Shown: one piece after another, positions 22,043 through 31,533 of the stretch
Layout of the letters: each line of letters starts with the position of its first letter
How positions within the stretch are numbered: position 1 is the first letter of the stretch
NCBI GenBank assembly: GCA_054661495.1
Contig: BAAFSQ010000006.1
Location: 66,161-98,160 of the forward strand
Length of the DNA: 32,000 nucleotides
DNA from: Zygophlyctis sp. KS116
Taxonomy: Eukaryota; Fungi; Chytridiomycota
Direction of reading: 5' to 3'
The notes under the pieces: model-generated
Databases searched by the model: none
The model's input: the letters and a program-made list of their open reading frames with translations, nothing else
What the model was told of the DNA's origin: nothing
Position numbers and translations under genes: made by a program

Positions 22043-23544
22043 TTATTTATGATCAATATCTATAACTTTCCCTGCAGTTTTGAGAGCAGTGGAGCCTTGA
22101 TGCTCCTCAAAAGTGTTGATTTTTAAATTTGCATCTACAACCACGTATCGTACTGCTGTTCCAGCAAACTCGAAGAGTGCATCATTAAGAACACCTTCAA
22201 TGATTCTTCTAAGGCCTCTCGCACCTGTTTTCTTTTCAACGGCCACTTCAGCAATTTTTCTAATAGATTCCGAATGAAAATGCAATTGCATCTAAAGGTC
22301 AATTAACTGAAAGTATTACATCGCTTCTGCGAAATATTTCACCATATTGTTTCAAGATTGCATTTTTTGGCTCATTTAAAATTGACATGAGATCTTCTAC
22401 ATTTAAAGGCGATGCACTTGCAATAACTGGCAATCTACCAATAAATTCTGGGATTAATCCGAATTTAATCAAATCATCAGATTCCACGCTTTGAAGTGGC
22501 TCTTTTAAATCTTTTTCTTCGGCTGCTTTTATGAATTTTTCAAATCCAATAGAACCTTTTCTACCGACTCTATCTTGGATTAGCTTATCTAATCCAACAA
22601 ATGCACCAGAACATATAAATAGAATATTTGAAGTATCTACTTCAAAAGTTCCTGATCCAAATCTTTTAGAAGTAGCTCCAGGCTTTAACTGAATAGTCAC
22701 TTTTGTTCCTTCTAACATTCTTAATAATCCTTGTTGAACTCCTTCTCCAGACACATCCTTTTGATTAGGACTCATCATATCAGATTTTTTGGCAATTTTA
22801 CTAATGATTAATATCATAAATTACTCGATTTCATCTATAAATACAATTCCTCTTTCAGCCCTTTGAACATCATAATCTGCATTCTAAAATCAATTTTTTG
22901 ATAAAATACTTGAAGAAGCCTACTAATACAACTTTCTACATCCTCTCCAACATAACCTGCTTGAGTAAAAGGAGTTGCATCATTCATGGAGAATGGAACA
23001 TCTAGAAGCTGAGCAGTCGTCTTTGCTATCAAGGTCTTCCCTATATATTATTAATACTTAAATATTACCGCAACCTGTTGGACCCAGCAATAAAACATTG
23101 CTCTTATCTATAACAATATGATTTTCTGAATTTGATTTGGGTCGATCGTTTAGATTATGTTCTAATCTCTTATAATGACTGTAAACTGCATTCGCAAGAG
23201 TTTTTTTGAGTGAATCTTGTCCGACCACATGTTCATCCAATTTTTGCTTAATCTACTTTTACTGATGGATTTAATACCTCTTTTGGGTATAAAATCTTTG
23301 ATCGCATAATATTTATAAGATCTATATAATCTTCTTCCACAATTTGCCATGATTCCACCACTGGCTCATTTTGATAAGAATTAAATGAATTAATTCCGGG
23401 ATAACCATTTCTCTTACTCTCATGTTTAAGTCTACTAACTTTAATCTTTTCCTTGTTTAGTTTCTTAAATCCATCACGTCCTTGAAAGCCTGAATACGAT
23501 CTAAAAGTAAAACTGGTGACTTTCTTATCAACAAATCTACTCAT
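22043..23544 (-). CDS. CLPX: Mitochondrial ClpX AAA+ unfoldase; introns 23253-23277, 23041-23068, 22884-22909, 22801-22824, 22292-22319
   Basis: Motifs [67 protein letters not shown] and TGARGLR, with a basic N-terminal presequence-like region. Confidence 0.93.
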
Positions 23545-23652
23545 TTTTTAAAAAAGTTTATTTGCCGATATCTTGAAATCCGCCTGATACGATCGGAGAA
23601 TATCTTGGCACGAATGCATAGTATGATTGTATGCCGCATCATCTCTTTAAGA

Positions 23653-23659
23653 TGAGTCA
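23653..23659. promoter_or_regulatory. Perfect AP-1/Gcn4-type site TGAGTCA in the CLPX / membrane-protein divergent spacer
   Basis: Exact heptamer match in a 220-bp intergenic region. Function untested. Confidence 0.3.
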
Positions 23660-23764
23660 CTGGTAAAGATCAGTAAGCTTGGCTGATCAGGCAGAGTCAA
23701 GCAGTAAAATTTGCAACTTTCCCCCTCGTCCAAGCACCAGTTGAACCATTGCAAGATTGTTTTA

Positions 23765-24628
23765 ATGTTTCCCAAGGGATTTGATATCTTTGAGGAAAGA
23801 GAGATCACTCCGCTTGAAAACTCTGCCGTCTCATACTTTTTTTCTCCAGTTCTAATTTATATATATAGGATCACTGGTATCATTATATCTCTGTCTATGA
23901 TTGGATGTACATTGTTTTATGATCCTGCCTCTTGGCCAAGGTTTTTAATTAACTGGAGCTGGTTGGGAATATTCTATTACTTTTTAGTAAGTTTAAATAT
24001 CAGTAATTCTAGATTTCTACTTTTTTATCCAGATCTTATCTAAAAGATGCTGTAGGTAACAGCACATGGTGGTGTTGGTCTCAAAGTGGAATAATGAATG
24101 TAAATTCTATTTTATAATTTTTAGCATGCATACATTGCTTTATTTTCAACTTCCCAAACGATGCCATGGGTAGCTTCAGTCATTTATGTGTCTAAATTTA
24201 CTCCAACGACTTTTACTCCAGATTTTATTGTTTGCGACATGATTCAACATTCTTTAAATATTGTTGTTGTAACGATTGATCTATTTCTTTGTAAGGCACC
24301 TCTTCCAGCTTTTTCCTGTGTCTATCCTCTAATATTTGGATGGTTGTACGCATTTTGGACTTGGATATTTGTGTATTCAGGATTTTGGGATTGGCCTTAC
24401 TCTTTCTTTGACTTTGTATTTAATCCAAAGGAAAGACCACTTTGGTTGACTCTTCCAGCTTTAATATGTGCTGTGATTGGAGTATTAATTAATTTTGGAA
24501 TAGTTTATACCCTGGTAAAGATTAGAGAGTATTTTGGATCTCAAGACTCTAAAAAAAGTATTCAAGATCATTATAGTTTACCCAGCTGTTTATTTGATGA
24601 TGATGTTACTTTACAGAATCATTTATAA
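23765..24628 (+). CDS. Multi-pass membrane protein, FAR-17a/AIG1 (rolling-stone)-like; introns 23987-24012, 24100-24124
   Basis: About six hydrophobic segments, with FLINWS, QHSLN....IDLFL, Y..WTWI and WPYSFFD patterns typical of the family. Confidence 0.65.
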
Positions 24629-24644
24629 TGATTTTATCCTAGAT

Positions 24645-25316
24645 TTATTCAAAAACCACATTTGCCTGAATTAGATAATCAAAAAACATTGGATCAATAT
24701 GATTTTTCTCTACAGTAAATTTTTTCAATGGCCTTTTACGATCATTCATTAAATAATCTCTAGTCCAACCTCCAGTTAATTTGAGAAATGCACGAGTAAA
24801 CTCTTGACCATAATTAAGACATCCAGCCATAATTGTATCTATGTAAGATTGTGGTATTGGATAATCATACGAAGGAATATGCCTAGATTTCTTAGAATCT
24901 GGAAGCTGATAGACCCAAACGATTGAATTCTCATCCTTGAAGCTATTCTTTTGTTTCCAAGGAATTATTCTAGAATGATGAATCAGTTTCCGTTCATACT
25001 CTTTCTCTCTTTCATCCAATAATGATAGATAATGATCTGGATCTGGTAATTCTACAAGTATTCCATTACATACACAAGGTCCATTTCTTACAGCAACAGC
25101 GGTATATTTACTCTTATTACATTTATACGACCATGTGCGTTCTAGTCCCTGTACAAGAACAGGAATACCAATAGTATCTGCAGGCAGAGTATTTCTCCTA
25201 GAAGATGAGTTCATTAGAGATCCATAGCCAAATATATAATGTCTAGTCTTTGATTTCACACTCTTTAGTAGTGGCATTTTCCAATCTTTAGAATTTCTTT
25301 TAAATTTGCTTTGCAT
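24645..25316 (-). CDS. Gamma-glutamylcyclotransferase (GGCT/ChaC-like fold), intronless; the start may be the second Met
   Basis: IFGYGSLMN, CNGIL, LDEREKEY (putative catalytic Glu) and a PIPQSYIDT..GC tail. Confidence 0.8.
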   Translation of the reverse strand: MQSKFKRNSKDWKMPLLKSVKSKTRHYIFGYGSLMNSSSRRNTLPADTIGIPVLVQGLERTWSYKCNKSKYTAVAVRNGPCVCNGILVELPDPDHYLSLLDEREKEYERKLIHHSRIIPWKQKNSFKDENSIVWVYQLPDSKKSRHIPSYDYPIPQSYIDTIMAGCLNYGQEFTRAFLKLTGGWTRDYLMNDRKRPLKKFTVEKNHIDPMFFDYLIQANVVFE

Positions 25317-25341
25317 TGTTTAAAAATAATAATAAGCGGTC

Positions 25342-25400
25342 GAGTCATTTGTTTAGATTAGCACGTCAAATGTGACGCAAATCACACGGTATCACGTCAT
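25342..25400. promoter_or_regulatory. Cluster of four bZIP (CRE/ATF/Gcn4-like) motifs in the GGCT / Ecl1-like divergent promoter
   Basis: GAGTCAT 25342-25348, CACGTCA 25362-25368, TGACGCAA 25373-25380 and CACGTCAT 25393-25400. Confidence 0.5.
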
Positions 25401-25449
25401 TGCGACTACAATCTGATCATTCTCACTGCATTCTTATCTCTCATAAATA

Positions 25450-25769
25450 ATGGATTTGGATTGGTAATAATCTTAATTCTTAATTACAGGTGTCTAGTAT
25501 GTGACAAAAAGATCTTTTTAGAACATGAATTATACTGTTCTAAAGAATGCAGATTTACAGATTTTAAATTATCTAAAAATCAGCCTCTGAAATCTCCAAA
25601 ATTTAATAATTCTATTAAAAATCTTGAATCAAATTCAGAAGAAAGGAGCGATTTAATCTTTAAATCTGTTAATTCTCGTCAAAACACGAGATTACAATTG
25701 CAAAAAAGAGTTTATTTTGGGCCAAAAGTTTATCTAATAAGCCCAATATCATCTTTTGAAAATTTTTAA
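25450..25769 (+). CDS. Ecl1-family (life-span regulatory factor) small zinc-binding protein; intron 25464-25489
   Basis: The spliced N-terminus MDLDW|CLVCDKKIFLEHELYCSKECRFTD matches the CxxC...LYCSxxC signature and is followed by a Ser/Lys-rich tail. Confidence 0.75.
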
Positions 25770-25901
25770 TAAACAGACTGTATTCGTAAATTTAAAAAGT
25801 AATTTTCAAGTTTAACTTTTCAAAATCATAAGAGAAATGAGGTGAATAGATTTCTCTTTCCAATCTAATTTCGCGTGTCTAAAAAAATTGTAAAAAAGTA
25901 C

Positions 25902-25906
25902 AAAAA
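25902..25906 (-). terminator. RNA polymerase III oligo-T terminator of tRNA-Ile
   Basis: TTTTT on the - strand, three nt after the tRNA 3' end. Confidence 0.7.
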
Positions 25907-25909
25907 TAC

Positions 25910-26006
25910 TGCGCATGGAGAGGATTGAACTCTCGACCTTCGCTGATCTCGCATATAATGAGCTATTATATAAGAACGACGCTCTAACCAGTTGAGCTAC
26001 ACGCGC
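25910..26006 (-). tRNA. tRNA-Ile(UAU) with 23-nt intron (25946-25968)
   Basis: Acceptor stem GCGCGTG/CATGCGC plus discriminator A, D arm GCTC/GAGC, anticodon stem TCGTT/AGCGA with loop CT-TAT-A, intron at the canonical 37/38 position, and T arm GAGAG-TTCAATC-CTCTC. Confidence 0.95.
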
Positions 26007-26181
26007 ATGTCCAACAAATTTTACACTTTTATATATACCAAATTTAATATTACATTTTAAAATCATGTTTGGTGCCTTTAGAACAATTTTTATAATATTT
26101 TACAAGTTTACAATTATAAAGTGTCTTTTATCAGCACTTTAAGTGTACAGATCGCGATTACTAGTAAAATATTATTGAAAA

Positions 26182-26721
26182 ATGCCAACAGATGAAGAGA
26201 TACTCGATATGATTTTTAATACAGAAAAAGAGTTTACTTTTGGAGAGAATAGTTGGTATCCTTCATCTGGTAAATTCTAGAAATTAAAATTAGAGATTCC
26301 AAGATTGGAAAAAGATCAAGAGGCAGAGATTAAGAAATTAGAAAAAGAAGCTATAAACTTGGCAGAAAAGAAATTGTTTGATCAATCTTTGAAAAAATTA
26401 AATGATGCAATTAATATTTGTGATCGATACGCTTCTGCTTATAATAATAGAGCACAAGTGTTACGACTACTTGGGCGCTCTTTAGATGCAGTAAATGATC
26501 TAAATTCTGCGATTAAATGGTCTCCAAACACACAAATATTAGGAATGGCATATACACAGAGAGCAATTCTATACAAGGAATTAGGGGAAATTGAAAAGTC
26601 AAATGATGATTTTCTAAATGGTGCAAAATATGGGAATACAATTGCAAAGAAACAGGTATCAAATAATCCTTATGCAAAGCTATGTAGTACAATGGTGGAA
26701 TTGGCTTCTAAAAGTGTATAA
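26182..26721 (+). CDS. TTC36: Tetratricopeptide repeat protein 36-like; intron 26270-26293
   Basis: D..IL..IFN start, ASAYNNRAQ.LRL, AYTQRA and C-terminal NPYAKLC. Confidence 0.85.
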
Positions 26722-26894
26722 TTTAAATAATTAAGAAGTTAATAATTTGGATTGATCTTTGGCGTATCGGTGACGTGGGGTGCTTAATGTCGAAAGTAGG
26801 AATAAAGATTGAATTGAAAAATCTCAAACATTCCAGAATAAATGTCTGATTACAATCAAAGAGATCTTTGTACTGGTTCAGGTGTAGGTTAAGA

Positions 26895-29498
26895 ATGTCA
26901 AACAGACTGCGAATTTCAATCATTAAGAAGCAGCCACAAGCTGAGGATGAGTCCGATCTCAGAATTAAGCTGACTAGAGAAATCGCTCAACAGGAATATG
27001 AATGCATGATTTGTTATGAAAATATAAAATACAATTCCAAAGTATGGTCTTGTAAAACTTGTTGGGCAATCTTTCACATGAACTGCATTTTGAAATGGGG
27101 GAAATCTAGTGGTGCTGAATCTGGATGGAGATGCCCGGGCTGTCAATCCATTTATGCTGATTTTCCATCAGATTATTCTTGTTTTTGCGGAAAAGCCATT
27201 GATCCAAGGAGTAAGTTGGCTCCGCATTCATGTCAGAATACTTGTGGAAAGATCAGACATTGCTCTCATCCTTGCATTGGTAAGATTTAAAGAAATTTAA
27301 TTCAAGAGGTTTGTCATCCAGGTCCTTGTTCGCCCTGTGGTGCAATGATCAGGAATACTTGCTATTGTGGAAAGGAATCTTTCATGTCAAAATGCTCAAG
27401 TGGAAGTCAAAGTAAAATTTCATGTGGCAAAGTTTGTACAAAATTATTGTCTTGTTCAAACCATGAATGTTTGCAGTTATGCCATAAAGGTCCATGTAGT
27501 CCTTGCTCAGTAACGACGCAAAAGACATGTAAATGTGGTAAAATGACTCGTTCAGTGGAATGTGGAAATAATAGTGAATTTCAGTGTGATCAAAAATGTG
27601 GATTTCAGTTCGATTGTATGATTCATACTTGCACTTTAGATTGTCATGAAGCAAAATCACATAGCATAAAGTGCCCGAATGATCCATCAATCTTAAATAC
27701 TTGTCCTTGCGGGAAAACACAACTGAATAGAATCAAATGTACGGATAAAGTCTCTACATGTGATATGCGTTGTGATAAGATGCTACCATGTGGACATTCT
27801 TGCATAGCTATATGCCACGAAGGAGAATGGTAGGTTTTTGTATCTCATATATTAGTCCTGCATGTTCTGTTCCGATGGAAGTGAAGTGCCGATGCGAAAA
27901 AGAAACTATTCATAAAATCTGTTCCGAAATCGATCATGACGATAATGGATTGCCTCTTTGCTCTACTGTTTGCTCCAAGAAAAATCATTGTAAAAGACAT
28001 CGTTGTGGAAGACGGTGTTGTATCATGGAAGTTCATATTTGCGAAAGAATCTGTCAGAAGCCATTAAGTGTAATTAACATAAAAACTGATTTTAAAGTGT
28101 AAATTGCATAGCTGCTTACAACAATGTGGACACCCTGACAGATGTCATACTTGCGTAGAGGGGGTATCTTTTGAAGAGCGTATTTGTAGCTGCGGACAAA
28201 CAAAAATGCTTCCACCCATAGCATGTAATACACCTCCAATTATATGCCACTATCCTTGCAATCGGCCTCAACCTTGTGGCCATTCTAGCCTCGCACCACA
28301 CAATTGTCATCCAGATTCAGAGCCCTGTCCTCCATGCATGATATTTATTCCCAAGCCATGTCATTGTGGATCATTGCAAATCCCTGCCCCATGCTCAAGG
28401 CGCAATCCTTCTTGTGGTACGCCATGCAAAGGACGATTGATAGGATGTAATCATCCCTGTTCACGTCCATGTCATGAAGGTTCTTGTAATGATGGAGAAC
28501 CCTGCCGAAATATCTGTGGAAAAGTGAGAAATATTTGCGGTCATATTTGCCGCTTCAGATGTCATGGAACTCTAGATTGTCCTCAAGATAAACCATGTGG
28601 CGCACTTGTCGAATTGTCTTGCCCCTGTGGACGGCTTAAAATTGAAAAACCATGTGGTTCGAGTATAAACAGCCCTCAAAACATCTCTGAAACCTTGACA
28701 ATAAACTGTGATGATGAATGCACACGATTAGCTCGGAATGCTCTACTCTCTGAAGCTCTTGGAATAGACACTGATACTGTACAAGAAAGCAAAAATTACG
28801 ATGCATCTCTTTTAACCTTTGCATTAAAGAATCTTGTTTGGATTAAAGAAATTGAATCCAAAATCAAAGACTTTTTAAATGATTCTACAAGAAAACACTA
28901 TTATTTCCCCTCTCGCTTTACTCGATCTCAAAACCGTATTTTACTGGATCTTGCACCATATTATAACCTTTTTGCTGAAATAGTGGATGAAAACATTGGA
29001 AAGGCAACTGTAATTTATCGCAAGAACAATGACAATTTTTCTGAACCAATGACTCTTTTATCTATAGCATCTAAATCATTTGATCCTAACTTACCTGAAA
29101 TCGAGCCTGAAGATTCTGATTCAACTACAACTAAAAAATCAGGAATGAATGGATTATATTTTACAAATTTACAACTTGGCCTAGATCCTGAAGCTCTCAA
29201 GACGATTATTTCCTCATTCATTAGTTCAGATATAACGATTGAACTTTTAACTACTCCTACTAATGAAGATTGTGCATTTGTTTTCAATCCTAATCAAGGA
29301 AATTTAGAAAAAACTCTATACAAACTCAAAAACTCTCTCTCTACTAAACTCGTAGACGAGAACCTAGTTAAATCTATTAAAGTTATTCAAGTATCAGATG
29401 GGGAAATTCAATTTAAAAAATCATCTCTTCCTATATTATTGGAAAACTCTAAAATCTCTAGCCAAAATCCCTTTGATCTATTAAAGGAAAAGCTGTAA
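26895..29498 (+). CDS. NFX1: NF-X1/Fap1 zinc-finger protein (RING/PHD, NF-X1 repeats, R3H-like domain); introns 27280-27306, 27830-27855, 28070-28097
   Basis: YECMIC...VWSC..C..IFH..CI.KW, WRCPGCQ, repeated C..H.C...CH.GPC units and CDDEC.RLARN..L.EAL. Confidence 0.92.
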
Positions 29499-29753
29499 CT
29501 TTTTCTCTAATAAAACATTTTAACAAATATTTTTCAAGAAATAAAGTATTAATATTGGCAACATTTTGACTACATAGTTGATGAATGCAATTATATAGCT
29601 TCGAATGTGCCTGTAAACTCACAAATTACAATAAAAATTACAAATTTTTTGAAAGATTAAAAAGTTTAAGATTTATTAAAAAAGTTTAAATTAAGTTTTT
29701 TAAATTTTTTGAAGGGTTTGAGGGTTCAAATCTCAAACTTTATCTTCAATACA

Positions 29754-30026
29754 ATGGATTTCTCACATCTAAGTCAAAATGATCAAAATCAAATGCAAGT
29801 TTTATTACAAGAGAAACAAATGAAGGACTTTATGAGACTCTATACTGGCCTTGTCGATCGCTGTTTTAATGATTGTATCTCTAGTTTTACATCTCATAAA
29901 CTCTCTGAAAAGGAAGATTCTTGTCTCAATAAATGCGCTGATAAATTCTTAAAACATTCAGAAAGGGTTGGAATTAAATTTCAGGAACAAAATGATCTGT
30001 TGAATCAGCAAATGCAAAATAAATAA
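29754..30026 (+). CDS. TIM9: Mitochondrial intermembrane-space chaperone Tim9
   Basis: KQMKDFMRLY..LV.RCFNDC...CLNKCADKFLKHSERVG.KFQEQ with the twin CX3C motif. ATG at 29754. Confidence 0.95.
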   Translation: MDFSHLSQNDQNQMQVLLQEKQMKDFMRLYTGLVDRCFNDCISSFTSHKLSEKEDSCLNKCADKFLKHSERVGIKFQEQNDLLNQQMQNK

Positions 30027-30091
30027 GTTGTATCTATTATGAATAGAAACGACTCTAAAAGTTGAAAATTGTAGTTTTGGGGTAGGGTGAA

Positions 30092-31117
30092 ATGAAGTGG
30101 AAATCTTTAAGTGTTTCTGCATCTGAGCTAAGGATTTCTCCAACGCTGGCCTCGGGACAATGTTTTACATGGAATGCTTCTAAAACTATACCAGGGATGT
30201 GGACTGGCGTATTCAGAAATAGGTTAATTTCTCTACTTTCAACGACAAATGATACTTTGGTAACTGTCCACTCACCGGTGAATGCTAATAATGATTCAAT
30301 CACTGGGAAATGTTTAGAAACTATTGATCATGACAAAATTATTAGCGATCTTTATGATTATTTTCAACTTGAAGTTTCATTGTCTGATCTATACAAGATT
30401 TGGTCTAAAGACTCTAATTTCTCTAGGAAAAGTAAAGAGGGAATAAGAGTTTTAAGACAGGATCCACATGAAACTACATTTTCTTTTATTTGTACTTCTA
30501 ATAATAATATTAAAAGGATTACTGGGATGATTAGGAAATTATGTTTGGAATTTGGAGAATTTATAAATAGTTTTGAAGGGATTGATTATTATTCTTTTCC
30601 TAAATTAACAGATCTGGCAAGGCATGATGCTCAAGAGAAGCTGGTGGAATTGGGATTTGGATATAGAGCAAAATTTGTAGTAAAGTCAGCACAATGGATC
30701 ATGGAAAATAAGGATTTAAAATGGTTAAATGAATTAAGGGGGCAGCCATATCATATAGTGAAAGATTCTCTTTTAAATCTTCCAGGTGTCGGTAGAAAAG
30801 TTGCAGATTGTATTTGTTTAATGAGTATGGATGTTGCAGATTGTGTTCCTGTTGATACTCATGTATGGCAAATGGCTATTAGAGATTATAAAGTAAAGAT
30901 GGCAACTTCAAAATCTTTAACAGATAAAAATTATACTGTAATTGCTTCTTGTTTTCAAAATGTTTTTGGGAAATATGCTGGATGGGCACATTCGGTTTTA
31001 TTTGCTGCAGATTTAAAGTTTTTAGAAGAATTTAGTCACGAATGGATAGATAAAGACCTTCCAGATTTAAAATTATTTGAAATTGTCTCTAAAGAAAATT
31101 CAGACTTATCAGTTTAA
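30092..31117 (+). CDS. OGG1: 8-oxoguanine DNA glycosylase/lyase, intronless
   Basis: TLASGQCFTW, GIRVLRQDP.E..FSFIC.SNNNIKRI, LGFGYRAK, the HhH motif LPGVGRKVADC, VPVDTHV and YAGWAHSVLF. Confidence 0.96.
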   Translation: MKWKSLSVSASELRISPTLASGQCFTWNASKTIPGMWTGVFRNRLISLLSTTNDTLVTVHSPVNANNDSITGKCLETIDHDKIISDLYDYFQLEVSLSDLYKIWSKDSNFSRKSKEGIRVLRQDPHETTFSFICTSNNNIKRITGMIRKLCLEFGEFINSFEGIDYYSFPKLTDLARHDAQEKLVELGFGYRAKFVVKSAQWIMENKDLKWLNELRGQPYHIVKDSLLNLPGVGRKVADCICLMSMDVADCVPVDTHVWQMAIRDYKVKMATSKSLTDKNYTVIASCFQNVFGKYAGWAHSVLFAADLKFLEEFSHEWIDKDLPDLKLFEIVSKENSDLSV

Positions 31118-31334
31118 GTAATTGGAACTTTCAAAATTGACATGACTGTACCTACTAAATGTAGACTTCCACAAACTAGAACAGAATCACAGTCTTTTAC
31201 GTGGGAAATTGCATCATTTGCACTCTCTGTTACAATAGGAATTGTAGTTTTTGATTTTGTTACAATATTTGACCATGTTTTAGCCATTATGTTTTGAGCA
31301 GAAAGTTCAGGATCTGAATTGACCATATTATTAA
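31114..31334 (-). pseudogene. Orphan C-terminal fragment of folylpolyglutamate synthase (Met7/FPGS-like)
   Basis: About 73 codons ending VLVCGSLHLVG.VM.IL, the FPGS C-terminal signature. There is an in-frame TGA just upstream, no typical mini-intron donor, and no FPGS sequence upstream in the window. Confidence 0.6.
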
Positions 31335-31533
31335 CTACTCACTTGCCACCAATTGCCCCAATTGGGGGAACAGGTTTAGTTAGAGCACCAAATGATTGCA
31401 TATTCAATACGAAACTATTTTTACTTTTTCATCAATAGACAAATATTTCATAAAGTCAGTTAAAAAGATTCCCTATCATAGTCCATGGATAAAGAGAGCA
31501 AGTTTTTTGACAAGAAATCCCTTTCCAGAGATC

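Noticed and set aside
25812-26066. 84-aa ORF on the - strand
   Set aside because: It runs through the tRNA-Ile gene and is spurious.
15-29498. Stop-codon reassignment, programmed frameshifting or mass pseudogenisation to explain the broken ORFs
   Set aside because: Every break coincides with an AT-rich GT-AG segment whose removal restores conserved motifs, and TAA/TGA terminate genes normally.
29500-29720. Very AT-rich spacer with short imperfect repeats (TTAAAAAGTTTAA) as an origin or MITE
   Set aside because: Low complexity, with no defined terminal inverted repeats or target-site duplication.
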